DNA of 64,000 nucleotides from an uncultured Clostridia bacterium (GTDB lineage Bacteria; Bacillota; Clostridia; Christensenellales; QALW01): NCBI GenBank assembly GCA_958448705.1, contig CAUDEY010000002.1, positions 74,768 to 138,767 of the forward strand, read 5' to 3'. Shown piece by piece: positions 53,387 to 64,000 of this stretch (position 1 is its first letter; each line of letters starts with the position of its first letter). The notes under the pieces were generated by a model. It saw only the letters and a program-made list of their open reading frames with translations, ran no database searches and was not told where the DNA came from. The position numbers and the translations under genes were made by a program.

Positions 53387-54010
53387 TTACTTGGAGTACA
53401 ACTCAACAATAAGATGCTCCTCAATACCAAGATCAATATCCTCTCTTTTGGGAAGCTCCACAACCTTGCCGCTAAGCTCGGCGCTGTTAAGCTCAAGCCA
53501 TGCGGGAATCGTCTTCGTAGAGCCCTCACGCATCGCCTTGAATTTTTCAATGCTCGTGCTGCCCTGTGCAATAGCAACCACATCCCCGGCTTTTACAATA
53601 AATGAAGGGATATTCACCCGGCGGCCGTTTACAGTGATATGACCGTGGTTTACGATCTGCCTTGCCTGCGCGCGGGAATCGCCGAAGCCCAGGCGATAAA
53701 CTACGTTATCCAAACGACGCTCCAACAGCTGAAGCATGTTCTCACCCGAAGCCCCTTTCATATTGCTGGCTTTTACAAAATAACCGTGGAACTGTTTTTC
53801 CAGAATGCCGTAAGTTCTTCTGGCCTTCTGTTTTTCACGCAGCTGCAGACCGTACTCGGAAACCTTTCTGCGTCCTTTGGCATGCTGACCGGGCGCAGTT
53901 CCCCTCTTTACCACAGGACACTTTGCACTATAGCAGCGATCGCCCTTCAAAAAAAGCTTCTGATTTTCGCGGCGGCACAAACGGCATACCGCTTCCGTAT
54001 ATCTTGCCAT
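53387..54010 (-). CDS. rpsD: 30S ribosomal protein S4
   Basis: [31 protein letters not shown], in operon order. Confidence 0.97.
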   Translation of the reverse strand: MARYTEAVCRLCRRENQKLFLKGDRCYSAKCPVVKRGTAPGQHAKGRRKVSEYGLQLREKQKARRTYGILEKQFHGYFVKASNMKGASGENMLQLLERRLDNVVYRLGFGDSRAQARQIVNHGHITVNGRRVNIPSFIVKAGDVVAIAQGSTSIEKFKAMREGSTKTIPAWLELNSAELSGKVVELPKREDIDLGIEEHLIVELYSK

Positions 54011-54028
54011 ACTATTCTGTCCTCCTAA

Positions 54029-54424
54029 TCAAACTCTTCTGCGCTTGGGCGGACGGCATCCGTTGTGCGGAATGGGGGTAACATCTTTGATCATGCTAAC
54101 CTCAAGGCCTGCCGCCTGAAGTGCCCGGATTGCTGCCTCACGTCCGCTGCCGGGGCCTTTTACATAGACCTCAACAGAACGAAGACCGTGTTCCATCGCT
54201 GCTTTAGCTGCGGTTTCAGCGGCCGTCTGTGCGGCAAAAGGCGTGCTCTTTTTAGAACCGCGGAAACCCAGTCCGCCGGCACTGGACCAGCTGATCGCGT
54301 TCCCGGCAACGTCCGTAATCGTAACAATAGTATTGTTGAATGATGAGCAGATATGCGCTGCGCCGCGTTCAATATTTTTCTTTTCTATACGGCGGCGTCC
54401 GCCCTTTTTAACTGGTTTTGCCAT
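54029..54424 (-). CDS. rpsK: 30S ribosomal protein S11
   Basis: [30 protein letters not shown], in operon order. Confidence 0.97.
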   Translation of the reverse strand: MAKPVKKGGRRRIEKKNIERGAAHICSSFNNTIVTITDVAGNAISWSSAGGLGFRGSKKSTPFAAQTAAETAAKAAMEHGLRSVEVYVKGPGSGREAAIRALQAAGLEVSMIKDVTPIPHNGCRPPKRRRV

Positions 54425-54442
54425 AAAATTCGTCCTCCTATC

Positions 54443-54820
54443 TTACTTGCCGGCTTTTTTCTTGCCGCCGACAGTCTTCTTGGGTCCCTTGCGCGTACGT
54501 GCGTTCTGCTTGGTATGCTGTCCGCGTACGGGAAGGCCCTTACGGTGACGAACACCGCGATAGCAGCCGATTTCAACAAGGCGCTTGATATTCAGCGCAA
54601 CCTCACGGCGGAGGTCACCCTCTACCTGAACGTTCTTGTCAATATAATCTCTGATTAAGTTAACCTCATCCTCGGTTAAATCTCTAACACGGGTGTCGGG
54701 GTTAACGCCGGTTTTTTCAAGAATCTCTTTCGCAATGCTGGGGCCAATGCCGAAAATACTCTGCAGTGCAGCCTCAACCCGCTTATCCTTTGGTATATCG
54801 ATACCAGCGATACGTGCCAT
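54443..54820 (-). CDS. rpsM: 30S ribosomal protein S13
   Basis: [26 protein letters not shown], in operon order. Confidence 0.97.
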   Translation of the reverse strand: MARIAGIDIPKDKRVEAALQSIFGIGPSIAKEILEKTGVNPDTRVRDLTEDEVNLIRDYIDKNVQVEGDLRREVALNIKRLVEIGCYRGVRHRKGLPVRGQHTKQNARTRKGPKKTVGGKKKAGK

Positions 54821-54961
54821 TCAGTACACCTCCATAAATGCTTTGAATATAAATTATTTATATAGAAAAGCCCCTCGGGCAAACAGAAAAGTTCTGTCAG
54901 CCGCGCCCGATTTTTTGGCTTTGCTTTCAGGCTGCGCTTATGGTAAGCGCATCAAAAAAAA

Positions 54962-55078
54962 TCAACCCTGCCGCTGCTTATGACTCTTATCCGCGGAACA
55001 GATAACCATTACCTTTCCGTGGCGCTTGATCAGCTTGCATTTGTCGCACATCGGTTTTACACTCGGTCTAACTTTCAT
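54962..55078 (-). CDS. rpmJ: 50S ribosomal protein L36
   Basis: This is not in the ORF track because it is shorter than 60 aa. The minus-strand translation is [45 protein letters not shown] lies 7 nt upstream, and the gene sits between infA and rpsM. Confidence 0.93.
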   Translation of the reverse strand: MKVRPSVKPMCDKCKLIKRHGKVMVICSADKSHKQRQG

Positions 55079-55091
55079 CCCAATAACCTCC

Positions 55092-55313
55092 TCAGTTCTT
55101 GCTGCGCCATATGATCCGCCCCTTAGACAGATCATAGGTAGAAATTTCCACTGTTACCTTATCGCCCGGTAACACCTGAATATTGTTCATCCTAAGCTTA
55201 CCGGCTATATGTGCCAGAATCTTATGGCCGTTTTCAAGTTCAACCTCAAAAACCGCATTTTTCTTGGATTCCGTTACAATGCCTTCTACTTCAATGACAT
55301 CTTCTTTAGACAT
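55092..55313 (-). CDS. infA: Translation initiation factor IF-1
   Basis: [41 protein letters not shown]. Confidence 0.97.
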   Translation of the reverse strand: MSKEDVIEVEGIVTESKKNAVFEVELENGHKILAHIAGKLRMNNIQVLPGDKVTVEISTYDLSKGRIIWRSKN

Positions 55314-55317
55314 GGAT

Positions 55318-55599
55318 TCACTCCTCGCCTTGCTTGGTGCAGAGGGAAAGCGACTCTAAGGCATTTCTTATCTCACTGTCAAAAATCTTAGTGCCGCTTG
55401 CCAGCTTCTGTGCGATATTCTCCAACGTCTGCCCCGTCCGCACCAGATGCTTTTGCTTTTTCTTTTTCGGAGAAGAAAGCTTTCGCAGGGCGCCGTCGGC
55501 AATCCGCACATACTGCTCATCAATTACTTCAACTACTACAAAATACCTTCGGGCATCCCTGCCCGCGGCGGAACAGACGACGTCTCCTAACGAATACAC
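55318..55599 (-). CDS. KOW-domain RNA-binding protein (L14E-like), as found between map and infA in Clostridia
   Basis: 93 aa with the KOW motif [21 protein letters not shown]. Confidence 0.7.
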   Translation of the reverse strand: MYSLGDVVCSAAGRDARRYFVVVEVIDEQYVRIADGALRKLSSPKKKKQKHLVRTGQTLENIAQKLASGTKIFDSEIRNALESLSLCTKQGEE

Positions 55600-55611
55600 A
55601 TCTGTACCTCC

Positions 55612-56376
55612 TTAAAGACTGACCTTCGGGTCTGTTAAAATGACCGGCTCACCGCCGACTACGGCAATGGTATTTTCATAATGCGCCGCATAGGAACCAT
55701 CGGCAGTAACCGTCGTCCAGCCATCGGATAGCACCCTGACCGCGTCGCCGCCTAAATTGATCATCGGCTCGATGGCCAGCGTCATTCCGTTTACGATCCG
55801 CGGGCCGTGACCGGCCGGACCGAAATTGGGGATCTCCGGCGATTCATGCAGCTCGCGTCCTACGCCGTGGCCGGTATAATTCCTTACAATCCCGTATCCA
55901 AATGGCTTGATATATGCTTCCACTGCGTGAGAAATATCTGAAATTCGATATCCCACGCGTGCAAAGCGCATCCCTTCATAAAAGGACTGCTTCGTGCGTT
56001 CTACCAGCAGCCTTTTCTCCTCCGATACACTGCCCACGATAAACGTGCGAGCCATATCGGTATGAAACCCTTTATAAAATACCCCGGCATCAATACTTAC
56101 CAGATCGCCTTCCCGAATCACCCGTTCAGCACGGGGAATCCCGTGAATGACTTCTTCGTTAACCGATATGCAAAGCGTGTTGGGAAATCCGTACAGCCCT
56201 AAAAAGGAAGGCTTTGCTTTATGGTTTATGATATACCGGTGTGCCATTTTATCAAGATCCAGCGTAGTCAGGCCCGGTTTTATGCTCTCCCCCAGCATTT
56301 CCATTGCCGAAGCGAGAATCCGTCCCCCCTCGGCCATCGTACGCAAAGCGCTTTCATTTTTAATGCAAAGCATCAA
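55612..56376 (-). CDS. map: Type I methionine aminopeptidase
   Basis: VNEEVIHGIP, DAGVFYKGFHTD, GHGVGRELHE and EPMI metal-ligand motifs. Confidence 0.95.
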   Translation of the reverse strand: MMLCIKNESALRTMAEGGRILASAMEMLGESIKPGLTTLDLDKMAHRYIINHKAKPSFLGLYGFPNTLCISVNEEVIHGIPRAERVIREGDLVSIDAGVFYKGFHTDMARTFIVGSVSEEKRLLVERTKQSFYEGMRFARVGYRISDISHAVEAYIKPFGYGIVRNYTGHGVGRELHESPEIPNFGPAGHGPRIVNGMTLAIEPMINLGGDAVRVLSDGWTTVTADGSYAAHYENTIAVVGGEPVILTDPKVSL

Positions 56377-56990
56377 ACCGCCTCCAGCACACGAGCGATC
56401 TCTTCAAACACAGCCTCTGCAGAAAGATTGCCGTTTACGGTTTTTACATTCTCTCCGTAATAAGCGATCAACGGTTTTGTCTGCTCATTGTAAACTGCAA
56501 GCCTGTTTTTTACGGTTTCTTCCGTATCATCAGCACGCTGCACAAGCTTTGAACCGCAGGCCGGGCATTGTTCGCCCGCCAGAGCCGATACATGATACGT
56601 GCCCGCACAGTCGGGGCAGATCCTCCGGCCGGTGATACGCGCCAGAAGCAGACTCTCGTCTACATCGATATTTAAAACACAGTCCAGCGCGGTAAGCGCC
56701 TTCAAGCCCTCAGCCTGTTCGATCGTGCGGGGAAAGCCGTCCAGCAAAAAGCCGTTTTGGCAGTCTTCCTGCGCCAACCGCTGCTTTACCATCCCCAGGG
56801 TTACCTCGTCAGGCACCAGCTTTCCGGCATCGATATATTGTTTGGCCAAACGGCCCAGCTCGGTATTGTTGCTCATATTCTCCCGAAACATATCGCCGGT
56901 GGAAATATGCGGAATACCGAACCGTTTACAAATTCTGGCGGCCTGGGTGCCTTTGCCGGCACCCGGAGCGCCCAATAAAATCATCTTCAT
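56373..56990 (-). CDS. adk: Adenylate kinase (Zn-lid type)
   Basis: ILLGAPGAGKGTQA P-loop and a CPDC...CPAC lid. Confidence 0.96.
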   Translation of the reverse strand: MKMILLGAPGAGKGTQAARICKRFGIPHISTGDMFRENMSNNTELGRLAKQYIDAGKLVPDEVTLGMVKQRLAQEDCQNGFLLDGFPRTIEQAEGLKALTALDCVLNIDVDESLLLARITGRRICPDCAGTYHVSALAGEQCPACGSKLVQRADDTEETVKNRLAVYNEQTKPLIAYYGENVKTVNGNLSAEAVFEEIARVLEAV

Positions 56991-57001
56991 CGCGTCACCT
57001 G

Positions 57002-58339
57002 TTAATCAAGGAAGCCCTTGTAATGACGCATTACCATCTGCGACTGCAGCTGTTTGGTCACTTCAATCGAAACGCTTACGATGATCAAAAGACCTGTGGA
57101 GCTGAACGTAAGGGCAAGATTTAATATGGAGTTTGCATACTGCGGAGATACCGAACCTAAAATCGCGCTGGCGATCATCGGAATGGTAGAGATGATGCCC
57201 AGATATAAACCGCTGAAGAGCACCAGTCGCTTATTCACCTTATTCAAATAATCGGTAGTAGGCTTGCCGGGGCGAATGCCTTGGATAAAGCCGCCGTACT
57301 TCTGCAGATTTTTGGAAGTTTCCGCAGCGTTAAAGGTAATGGCCGAATAGAAGAAAGCAAACCCAATGGTCAGCAAAAAGCTTACAATCGTATAACCCCA
57401 GGTTCCCGAACCCAGCCATTTGGAATAAAACGTTTCAAATGCACCGCCGCTCCAGAACATTCCCGCAATAATGCTGGGGAACATTAAAAGCGACATGGAA
57501 AAAATCAACGGAAGAACGCCGCAGGAATTCGGCTTAATCGGCATATAGGTGCTCTGGCCGCCGTAAACCTTCCGTCCGGAAACGCGCTTGGCATACTGAA
57601 TGGCAATTCTGCGCTCCCCCAGTTCCACAAAGATAACAACCACAATCAAAGCAAGAATTGCTACTAAAATGATCGGAAGAATCCACCAAAGAGCGTTATT
57701 ACCGGCTTGTGAATTCGCACTTGCCTGCTCAATATAGGACTGCGCCGTGGAAGGCAGACGCGCGATGATACCGACAAAGATAATCATCGAAATACCGTTG
57801 CCCAGGCCCTTTTCGCTGATGCGGTCGCCGATCCAAATGGCAACGGCCGTACCCGCAGTAAGGGAAACACCGATCAGCACATAGGCCAAAATGGTAGTCG
57901 CGGTGGAAGTCAGCATAGAGGAAACAATGATATCGGCGCCGTTTCGGCTAAAGGACCAACAAATCCCTACTGCCTGCAAAAACGCAAGACCAATGGCGCT
58001 GTAACGCACAATTTTGTTGATCTTTTCCCGCCCGTTCTCCTCTTTGCCCATGCGCTCCAATCCGGGAATTACCACCTGAAGCAGCTGAATGATAATCGAG
58101 GCGTTAATATAGGGTGAAATACCCATAGCCATAAAGGTATAGCCCTCTAAGGAACCACCGGTAATGATATTCATCAGGCCCCAAATATTCTGGTTGGCAG
58201 CGTCGATGGTCAAGGAGGGATTTACACCCGGCGTGGGTATGTAGCAGCAAAGCCGGAAGATCAGCAGAAGCAGCAACGTATAGAGGATCTTCTTGCGAAG
58301 CTCCGGGATCTTCCACGCGTTTTTATAAACCGAAAACAT
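57002..58339 (-). CDS. secY: Preprotein translocase subunit SecY
   Basis: 445 aa with 10 TM segments. The ELRKKILYTLLLLLIFR N-terminus and the operon position support the call. Confidence 0.96.
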   Translation of the reverse strand: MFSVYKNAWKIPELRKKILYTLLLLLIFRLCCYIPTPGVNPSLTIDAANQNIWGLMNIITGGSLEGYTFMAMGISPYINASIIIQLLQVVIPGLERMGKEENGREKINKIVRYSAIGLAFLQAVGICWSFSRNGADIIVSSMLTSTATTILAYVLIGVSLTAGTAVAIWIGDRISEKGLGNGISMIIFVGIIARLPSTAQSYIEQASANSQAGNNALWWILPIILVAILALIVVVIFVELGERRIAIQYAKRVSGRKVYGGQSTYMPIKPNSCGVLPLIFSMSLLMFPSIIAGMFWSGGAFETFYSKWLGSGTWGYTIVSFLLTIGFAFFYSAITFNAAETSKNLQKYGGFIQGIRPGKPTTDYLNKVNKRLVLFSGLYLGIISTIPMIASAILGSVSPQYANSILNLALTFSSTGLLIIVSVSIEVTKQLQSQMVMRHYKGFLD

Positions 58340-58341
58340 GG

Positions 58342-58785
58342 TTAAATCACCTCAGCCTTTCCTCCGAGCGCCTCAATCTTCTGCTGAGCCGTCCGAGTAA
58401 AGGCTGCAACCTGAACAGTAAGCCGCTTTGTAATTTCACCGTTGCCAAGTACTTTTACGCCATCCTTCTCGATTTTGCTGATCATGCCTTTTTCCTTCAA
58501 AAGCGCCGCGGTAACCACGGTATCTTCGTCAAAGGCCTCCAGTCTTGAAATATTGATTTCCGTATAAATTTTGCCAAAGCGGTTAAAGAAGCCGCGCTTG
58601 GGCAGTCTGCGGGTAAGGGGCATCTGGCCGCCTTCAAAACCGGGGCGTACACCGCCGCCGCTTCTGGCGTTCTGTCCCTTATGGCCCTTGCCGGAGGTCT
58701 TGCCCAAACCGCTGCCGGGACCGCGTCCGCGGCGGCGTCCTGTATGCGTGGCGCCCTCTGCAGGTTTTAAATCTACTAATTTCAT
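58342..58785 (-). CDS. rplO: 50S ribosomal protein L15
   Basis: [45 protein letters not shown] precedes the ATG at 58785. Confidence 0.96.
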   Translation of the reverse strand: MKLVDLKPAEGATHTGRRRGRGPGSGLGKTSGKGHKGQNARSGGGVRPGFEGGQMPLTRRLPKRGFFNRFGKIYTEINISRLEAFDEDTVVTAALLKEKGMISKIEKDGVKVLGNGEITKRLTVQVAAFTRTAQQKIEALGGKAEVI

Positions 58786-58795
58786 ATAAACCTCC

Positions 58796-58972
58796 TTAGT
58801 CAACTTCTTCAACGGTCACAAGATGCTTTACCTTAAAGATCATACCGCGGATGGCGGCATTATCCGGCTTTGTCACCGTGGAATTGGTTTTTTTAAGGCC
58901 AAGAGCCTTTACCGTAGCGATCTGATCTTTTTTACAGGAGATCGTACTTTTTGTTAATGTAATCTTTAACAT
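58796..58972 (-). CDS. rpmD: 50S ribosomal protein L30
   Basis: [35 protein letters not shown] precedes the ATG at 58972. Confidence 0.95.
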   Translation of the reverse strand: MLKITLTKSTISCKKDQIATVKALGLKKTNSTVTKPDNAAIRGMIFKVKHLVTVEEVD

Positions 58973-58985
58973 TCCGGTTTCCTCC

Positions 58986-59492
58986 TTAGCCGATGATCTC
59001 TTCAACTGTCTTGCCGCGCATCTGTGCGATCTGCTCCGCCGTCTTTAAGGAAGCAAGCCCCTGCAGCGTAGCCTTTACACAGTTGGCCGGGTTATTGGAG
59101 CCCTGACTCTTGGTAAGGATATCGCGTACGCCTACCATCTCCAGCACATCACGCACCGGTCCGCCGGCGATAACACCCGTTCCTTCCGGGGCAGGCATCA
59201 GAAGCACCTGACCTCTGCCGAACTTGCCTACAACGGCGTGCGGAATCGTAGTATCCTTTAAAGAAACCGTAATCAGATGCTTTTTGGCATCTTCGGTAGC
59301 CTTGCGAATTGCCTCGGGAACCTCAATGGCTTTCCCTTGGCCAACCCCCACATGGCCGTTGCCGTCACCTACAACCACCAGTGCGGCAAGGCGCATATTG
59401 CGGCCGCCCTTTACGGTTTTGGCAACACGGTTTACCGAAACTAATTTTTCCTTCAAATCCAATGTTTTGGGATCGATTTTATTCATGCTCAA
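58986..59492 (-). CDS. rpsE: 30S ribosomal protein S5
   Basis: [32 protein letters not shown]. Confidence 0.97.
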   Translation of the reverse strand: MSMNKIDPKTLDLKEKLVSVNRVAKTVKGGRNMRLAALVVVGDGNGHVGVGQGKAIEVPEAIRKATEDAKKHLITVSLKDTTIPHAVVGKFGRGQVLLMPAPEGTGVIAGGPVRDVLEMVGVRDILTKSQGSNNPANCVKATLQGLASLKTAEQIAQMRGKTVEEIIG

Positions 59493-59503
59493 ACTGCCTC
59501 CCC

Positions 59504-59872
59504 TTAGAATTCCAGGCCCGCTTCACGCGCTGCCTCGGCAAGCGCCTGTACACGGCCGGTATAGAGGTAGCCACCTCTGTCAAACACAACGGTTTTAATG
59601 CCTTTAGCCTGGGCGCGCTCGGCAACGAGTTTGCCAACATAAGCGGCCGCCTGGGATTTTGTCATCTCTGCGGTTGCCTTCATGGCGTCGCCTTCGATCG
59701 TTGACGCAGCGGCAAGCGTATTTCCGGCCTGGTCATCAATAACCTGAGCATAAATATGACTGTTGCTGCGATATACGTCCAGTCTGGGACGGTCTGCCGT
59801 ACCGCTTACCTTTTTGCGCACACGGGCATGGCGCGCCAGGCGATCGGTATTTTTATCTTTCTTATTGATCAT
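59504..59872 (-). CDS. rplR: 50S ribosomal protein L18
   Basis: [34 protein letters not shown]. Confidence 0.97.
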   Translation of the reverse strand: MINKKDKNTDRLARHARVRKKVSGTADRPRLDVYRSNSHIYAQVIDDQAGNTLAAASTIEGDAMKATAEMTKSQAAAYVGKLVAERAQAKGIKTVVFDRGGYLYTGRVQALAEAAREAGLEF

Positions 59873-59893
59873 ACTGTAAATGCTCCTTTCTGA

Positions 59894-60436
59894 TTATTTC
59901 TTACCGGCTTTGCCCTCTTTGAGTGCGACATACTCGCCCTCATAGCGGACACCCTTGCCATGATACGGTTCCGGTGCGCGAACGCCGCGAACCTCTGCTG
60001 CAAACTGGCCAACGGCCTGCTTATCAATACCGCGGATGATAATGCTGGTCTGCGAGGGAACTTCTATCGTAATTCCCTCGGGCGCCTCCATCTCTACCGG
60101 ATGAGAATAGCCCAGCGTAAGTACTAATTTTTTGCCGTTCATCGCAGCGCGGTAACCGGTTCCCTGAATCGCAAGCGCTTTAGAAAAGCCCTCGGATACG
60201 CCGATGACCATATTGTTCAGCAACGTTCTGGTCAAGCCATGCAGTGCACGGTGTTCTTTATCATCGGAAGGACGCGCAACCGTAACGGAAGCGCCTTCTA
60301 CTTTAATTTCCATTTCCCTGCTCAGCTGCTGGGTAAAGGTGCCCTTGGGTCCCTTTGCCGTAACAACATTCCCCTCGGCTACCGTAACAGTAACACCGGC
60401 CGGGATTGTTACCGGAAGTCTACCTATTCTTGACAT
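59894..60436 (-). CDS. rplF: 50S ribosomal protein L6
   Basis: [19 protein letters not shown]...[14 protein letters not shown]. Confidence 0.97.
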   Translation of the reverse strand: MSRIGRLPVTIPAGVTVTVAEGNVVTAKGPKGTFTQQLSREMEIKVEGASVTVARPSDDKEHRALHGLTRTLLNNMVIGVSEGFSKALAIQGTGYRAAMNGKKLVLTLGYSHPVEMEAPEGITIEVPSQTSIIIRGIDKQAVGQFAAEVRGVRAPEPYHGKGVRYEGEYVALKEGKAGKK

Positions 60437-60450
60437 ACTCTACCTCCCGA

Positions 60451-60849
60451 TTACCATACGTAAGCAAGAACTTCGCCGCCGATGCCCAGCGCGCGCGCCT
60501 GCTTATCCGTCATAATGCCCTTGGATGTGGATACAATTGCTATACCCATGCCGCCCAAAACTCTGGGAAGCTCTTCTGCCCGGGCATAAACCCTCAGGCC
60601 CGGCTTTGAAATTCTGCGAAGACCTGAAATGATTCTTTCCTTGTTTGCCCCGTATTTTAACGTAATACGGATTGTCCCCTGAGGAACTGCGTCGATCACC
60701 TCAACGCCTTTAATATAACCCTCGTCAAGAAGAAGCTGGGCAATCGCCTGCTTTACATTGGACTTGGGGATATCTACTGTACTGTGCCTTGCCACCATCG
60801 CATTGCGAATTCTGGTAAGCATATCGGCAATAGGATCTGTTAAAACCAT
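60451..60849 (-). CDS. rpsH: 30S ribosomal protein S8
   Basis: [18 protein letters not shown]. Confidence 0.97.
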   Translation of the reverse strand: MVLTDPIADMLTRIRNAMVARHSTVDIPKSNVKQAIAQLLLDEGYIKGVEVIDAVPQGTIRITLKYGANKERIISGLRRISKPGLRVYARAEELPRVLGGMGIAIVSTSKGIMTDKQARALGIGGEVLAYVW

Positions 60850-60876
60850 TATGGTATCCTCCTTCCTTATTTGTTC

Positions 60877-61062
60877 CTACCAACTTGCCTTTTTCACGCC
60901 GGGAATCTGGCCCTTATAAGCCAGCTCTCTGAAGCAGATGCGGCAAATGCCGTATTTGCTGAGCACTGCGTGAGGGCGGCCGCAAATGCTGCAGCGCGTA
61001 TAGGCGCGCGTGGAGTATTTTGCAGGCTTCTGCTGCTTGTTAATCATTGCTTTTTTAGCCAT
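60877..61062 (-). CDS. rpsN: 30S ribosomal protein S14 type Z (zinc-binding)
   Basis: 61 aa with [23 protein letters not shown]. Confidence 0.96.
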   Translation of the reverse strand: MAKKAMINKQQKPAKYSTRAYTRCSICGRPHAVLSKYGICRICFRELAYKGQIPGVKKASW

Positions 61063-61080
61063 AAATGAAATCCCCCTCTA

Positions 61081-61620
61081 TCAGTTTGCGTAAGGCATGC
61101 CCATCAGGCCTAACAGCTCGCGGGCTTCCTCATCGGTCTTTGCGGTAGTAACAAATATCACGTCCATCCCCCGAACTTTATCGATCTTATCATACTCGAT
61201 CTCAGGGAATATCAGCTGCTCCTTGATGCCCAGGGCGTAGTTGCCTCTGCCGTCAAAAGCGTTGGCGGAAACACCGTGGAAGTCACGAACGCGCGGAAGT
61301 GCTATATTCAAGAGCTTATCTACGAATTCATACATTCTTTCGCCGCGAAGCGTTACCTTTGCGCCGATGTTCATGCCTTCGCGGACCTTGAAGTTAGCAA
61401 CAGACTTTTTAGCCTTTGTAACAACAGGCGCCTGACCTGTGATCAGCGCGATCTCCTGCACGGCAGCGTCAAACTTTTTAGCGTCGTCCTTTACATCGCC
61501 CAAACCGGCGTTCACAACGACCTTTTCAAGCTTGGGTACCTGCATGACGTTCTTATAGCCGAACTTCTTTTCCATTGCCGGAACGATCTCGCTTACATAT
61601 TTATCTTTTAATCTGGCCAT
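61081..61620 (-). CDS. rplE: 50S ribosomal protein L5
   Basis: [37 protein letters not shown]. Confidence 0.97.
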   Translation of the reverse strand: MARLKDKYVSEIVPAMEKKFGYKNVMQVPKLEKVVVNAGLGDVKDDAKKFDAAVQEIALITGQAPVVTKAKKSVANFKVREGMNIGAKVTLRGERMYEFVDKLLNIALPRVRDFHGVSANAFDGRGNYALGIKEQLIFPEIEYDKIDKVRGMDVIFVTTAKTDEEARELLGLMGMPYAN

Positions 61621-61644
61621 AGTATCTCTCCCTCCGTTCCTTCA

Positions 61645-61971
61645 TTACTGAATGCTCTTATTGCATTTTTTGCAAACGCGCACTTTTTTGCCGTCAACAA
61701 CGGCATAGCCTACGCGCACGCCTTTTTTGCAGGAAGGGCAGTATATCATAACATTGGAAGCATCGATCGGAGCTTCCTTCTCTATGCGGCCTCCGGCCTC
61801 GCCCATCTTTTTGGGTTTTGTGTGGCGCGTAACCATGTTTACGCCTTCAACAATCACCTTATTTTCTGCGGGGAAAGCCTGAAGCACCTTATGCGTTGCA
61901 GCCTTATCGCCACTCACGGACTTACTTGTTCCGCTAATGACAACAACGGTATCGCCTTTTATAACCTTCAT
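61645..61971 (-). CDS. rplX: 50S ribosomal protein L24 (with C-terminal CxxC...CxxC extension)
   Basis: MKVIKGDTVVVISGTSK KOW domain. The tail is CPSCKKGVRV...CKKC. Confidence 0.95.
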   Translation of the reverse strand: MKVIKGDTVVVISGTSKSVSGDKAATHKVLQAFPAENKVIVEGVNMVTRHTKPKKMGEAGGRIEKEAPIDASNVMIYCPSCKKGVRVGYAVVDGKKVRVCKKCNKSIQ

Positions 61972-61985
61972 TCCGATGTCCCTCC

Positions 61986-62354
61986 TTACAGCACTTCCGG
62001 GGCAAGGGAGATAATCTTCATAAAATCTCTTTCACGAAGCTCTCTTGCAATGGGCCCGAACACACGGGTTCCGCGGGGAAGCTTTTGATCGTTGATGATA
62101 ACGGCGGCGTTATCGTCAAAACGGATATACGAGCCGTCGGCACGGCGAGTGGGTTTTGTTGTACGTACGATAACTGCCTTTACAACGTCGCCCTTTTTCA
62201 CTACGCCGCCGGGCGCAGCCGTCTTTACGGAAGCAACAATGGTATCGCCCACGCTGCCGTATCTTCTGAAAGAGCCACCAAGAACTCTTATGCACATAAT
62301 CTCTTTTGCGCCGGTATTGTCGGCAACCTTCAATCTTGTTTGAGGTTGTATCAT
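61986..62354 (-). CDS. rplN: 50S ribosomal protein L14
   Basis: [27 protein letters not shown]. Confidence 0.98.
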   Translation of the reverse strand: MIQPQTRLKVADNTGAKEIMCIRVLGGSFRRYGSVGDTIVASVKTAAPGGVVKKGDVVKAVIVRTTKPTRRADGSYIRFDDNAAVIINDQKLPRGTRVFGPIARELRERDFMKIISLAPEVL

Positions 62355-62390
62355 AATTTACCCCTTTCCGGGAAAACAGTTTGAAAGAGC

Positions 62391-62645
62391 TTATTTTGCC
62401 TTTTCAACTATTTCCACCAATCTCCATCTTTTATCTTTGCTCAGCGGCCTTGTTTCCATAATCCGTACGGTGTCGCCGATGCCGCATTCATTTTTCTCAT
62501 CATGCGCCTTGAATTTTGTGGTACGGTTAACCGTTTTGCCATAAAGCGGGTGAAGAACCTTTGTTTTTACCGCAACAACGATCGTCTTATCCATTTTATC
62601 GCTTACAACGATACCTACTCTCTGTTTACGAAAGTTTCTTTCCAT
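62391..62645 (-). CDS. rpsQ: 30S ribosomal protein S17
   Basis: [32 protein letters not shown]. Confidence 0.97.
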   Translation of the reverse strand: MERNFRKQRVGIVVSDKMDKTIVVAVKTKVLHPLYGKTVNRTTKFKAHDEKNECGIGDTVRIMETRPLSKDKRWRLVEIVEKAK

Positions 62646-62661
62646 TCGTCCTCAACCTCCC

Positions 62662-62865
62662 TTATGCCTGAGCCTTAATCTCGAGCTCACGAAGTATGGT
62701 CATTACCCTTGCAATGTCCTTTTTGCAGGCGTCTATCTGCTTGGGATTGCTCAATTGCCCGGTGGCATTTTGAAAACGGAGGTTAAAAAGCTCTCTTTTG
62801 AGTTCAGCCAGCTTGTTGTTCAGCTCATCGGCGTTCATTTCACGAAGCTTACTCGGTTTCATCAA
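62662..62865 (-). CDS. rpmC: 50S ribosomal protein L29
   Basis: [26 protein letters not shown]. The start overlaps the rplP stop. Confidence 0.95.
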   Translation of the reverse strand: MMKPSKLREMNADELNNKLAELKRELFNLRFQNATGQLSNPKQIDACKKDIARVMTILRELEIKAQA

Positions 62866-63299
62866 ACATCACCGTCCTGTTCTTTGTTGTAATCCTCACG
62901 GGTAACGAACTTCACCTTCAGCGGAAGCTTATGGCTTGCCAGACGAAGCGCTTCGCGTGCGGTAGCCTCATCGATACCGTTCATTTCAAACAGTACGCGG
63001 CCCGGCTTAACAACCGCTACCCAGTATTCCGGGGATCCTTTACCGCTTCCCATTCGTGTTTCAGCGGGCTTTGCCGTAACCGGCTTATCCGGGAAGATCT
63101 TGATCCAAACCTGGCCGCTGCGCTTAATATAACGCGTCATAGCGATACGGGCGGCCTCAATCTGCGCGCTGGTGATCCATGCCGGCTCAAGCGCTACCAG
63201 ACCGTAATCACCGTAGGCAATAAAGTTGCCGCGCTGGGCGGTGCCCTTCATTCTGCCACGGAAAACTCTTCTTCTTTTTACTCTTTTGGGCATTAACAT
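62862..63299 (-). CDS. rplP: 50S ribosomal protein L16
   Basis: [19 protein letters not shown]... Confidence 0.97.
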   Translation of the reverse strand: MLMPKRVKRRRVFRGRMKGTAQRGNFIAYGDYGLVALEPAWITSAQIEAARIAMTRYIKRSGQVWIKIFPDKPVTAKPAETRMGSGKGSPEYWVAVVKPGRVLFEMNGIDEATAREALRLASHKLPLKVKFVTREDYNKEQDGDV

Positions 63300-63301
63300 A
63301 A

Positions 63302-63958
63302 TTACTTGCCTCCTTCTGCTGCGGCAGGCTTCTTTGCAAGAATCTCACCCTTATATACCCACACCTTTACGCCGATACGGCCATAGGTTGTTGCAGCTTC
63401 TGCAAAACCGTAGTCAATATCTGCACGGAGTGTCTGCAGCGGGATGCTTCCCTCATGATAGCCCTCGCTGCGGGCGATTTCTGCGCCGCCAAGACGGCCG
63501 CTTACTAAAATTTTTACCCCTTTGGCTCCCGCACGCGTAACACGCTGCATCGACTGCTTCATCGCACGGCGGAAGGAAACGCGCTTCTCCAGCTGCTGGG
63601 CAATGCTCTCGGCCACCAGCTGTGCGTCCATATCGGGCTTGCGGATCTCCATGATGTTAAGATGAACCTTTTTGCCGAGCATTTTTTCAAGCTCTGCCTT
63701 TAAGGCATCGATACCTGCGCCGCCCTTGCCGATCAAAGCGCCGGGCTTTGCGGTAAAGATAAAAATCGTTACCGTATTGGACTTACGCTCAATTTCTACC
63801 TTAGGAACACTGAAGGCACTGAGCCTTTCTTTTAAATATTTACGAAGCTTGTTATCTTCATAGATGTTCTGGGCAAAGTCCTTGCCGGCGATCCAGCGGG
63901 AATCCCAGTTTTTGATAACACCCACCCTGAGACCGTGGGGATTCACTTTCTGACCCAT
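63302..63958 (-). CDS. rpsC: 30S ribosomal protein S3
   Basis: [22 protein letters not shown]. Confidence 0.98.
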   Translation of the reverse strand: MGQKVNPHGLRVGVIKNWDSRWIAGKDFAQNIYEDNKLRKYLKERLSAFSVPKVEIERKSNTVTIFIFTAKPGALIGKGGAGIDALKAELEKMLGKKVHLNIMEIRKPDMDAQLVAESIAQQLEKRVSFRRAMKQSMQRVTRAGAKGVKILVSGRLGGAEIARSEGYHEGSIPLQTLRADIDYGFAEAATTYGRIGVKVWVYKGEILAKKPAAAEGGK

Positions 63959-64000
63959 TTACTTGTCCTCCTTTATTTCATCAAGGATAACCGTGATGTG
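63959..64000 (-). CDS. rplV: 50S ribosomal protein L22, 3' end only (runs off the window)
   Basis: The minus-strand translation ...HITVILDEIKEDK* lies immediately upstream of rpsC. Confidence 0.8.
   Translation of the reverse strand, partial: HITVILDEIKEDK

Noticed and set aside
54821-54961. A 140-nt spacer between rpmJ and rpsM with the hairpin GCGCTTACCATAAGCGC, considered as a possible S4-binding alpha-operon leader.
   Set aside because: This is plausible from knowledge of alpha-operon autoregulation, but I cannot verify a pseudoknot or a conserved leader structure by eye.
51871-63958. There are dozens of 60-180-aa ORFs in the six-frame track that are antisense to, or out of frame with, the ribosomal, secY, adk, map and rpoA genes. 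Examples are 52810..53220, 53639..54028, 56147..56635 and 59309..59704.
   Set aside because: They lie entirely inside strongly conserved genes on the other strand or in another frame. They have no RBS and have skewed composition (Arg/Ser/Pro-rich), typical of shadow ORFs in GC-balanced DNA.

Overview
This is a 64-kb chromosomal window from a spore-forming Firmicute. It looks Clostridia-like with about 50% GC, but that taxonomic placement is inferred only from gene content and order. Most of the window is conserved housekeeping. On the left are a sporulation and translation neighbourhood (gpr-spoIIP, rpsT, abrB, rsmI, an SH3b/NlpC-P60 hydrolase) and the trans-translation cluster secG-rnr-smpB-(esterase)-ssrA. 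In the middle is a carbohydrate-utilisation locus with two glycoside hydrolases, MFS and DMT transporters, and DeoR and LacI regulators. This is followed by purB, mscL, tRNA-Leu, proCAB, yunB, a class A PBP and hom. On the right is the complete minus-strand spc/alpha ribosomal operon, from rplV (partial) to rplQ. The accessory part is an AT-rich stretch of about 9.6 kb that starts right after the tmRNA gene (about 19.1-28.7 kb). It carries an orphan R-S-E-type ADP-ribosyltransferase-like gene and an unknown 270-aa gene. Each of these two genes has its own promoter and is followed by a conserved ~57-nt element that resembles the tmRNA/tRNA T-arm and acceptor end. The stretch also holds a small divergent HTH/RHH module with TAACAGTT operator repeats, a truncated ORF, two tandem paralogous ~555-aa sigma-70/ECF-like fusion proteins, and an XRE-TPR (RNPP-like) regulator with candidate micro-ORFs. 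No integrase, transposase, CRISPR array or rRNA is visible. Other notable items are a frameshift-split beta-helix surface protein, a tRNA-Leu with an A34 (AAG) anticodon, a decayed GH29 fucosidase remnant, and a ~60-nt structured intergenic repeat family with at least three copies. All functional calls rest on motif recognition by eye and on synteny. No database search was run.
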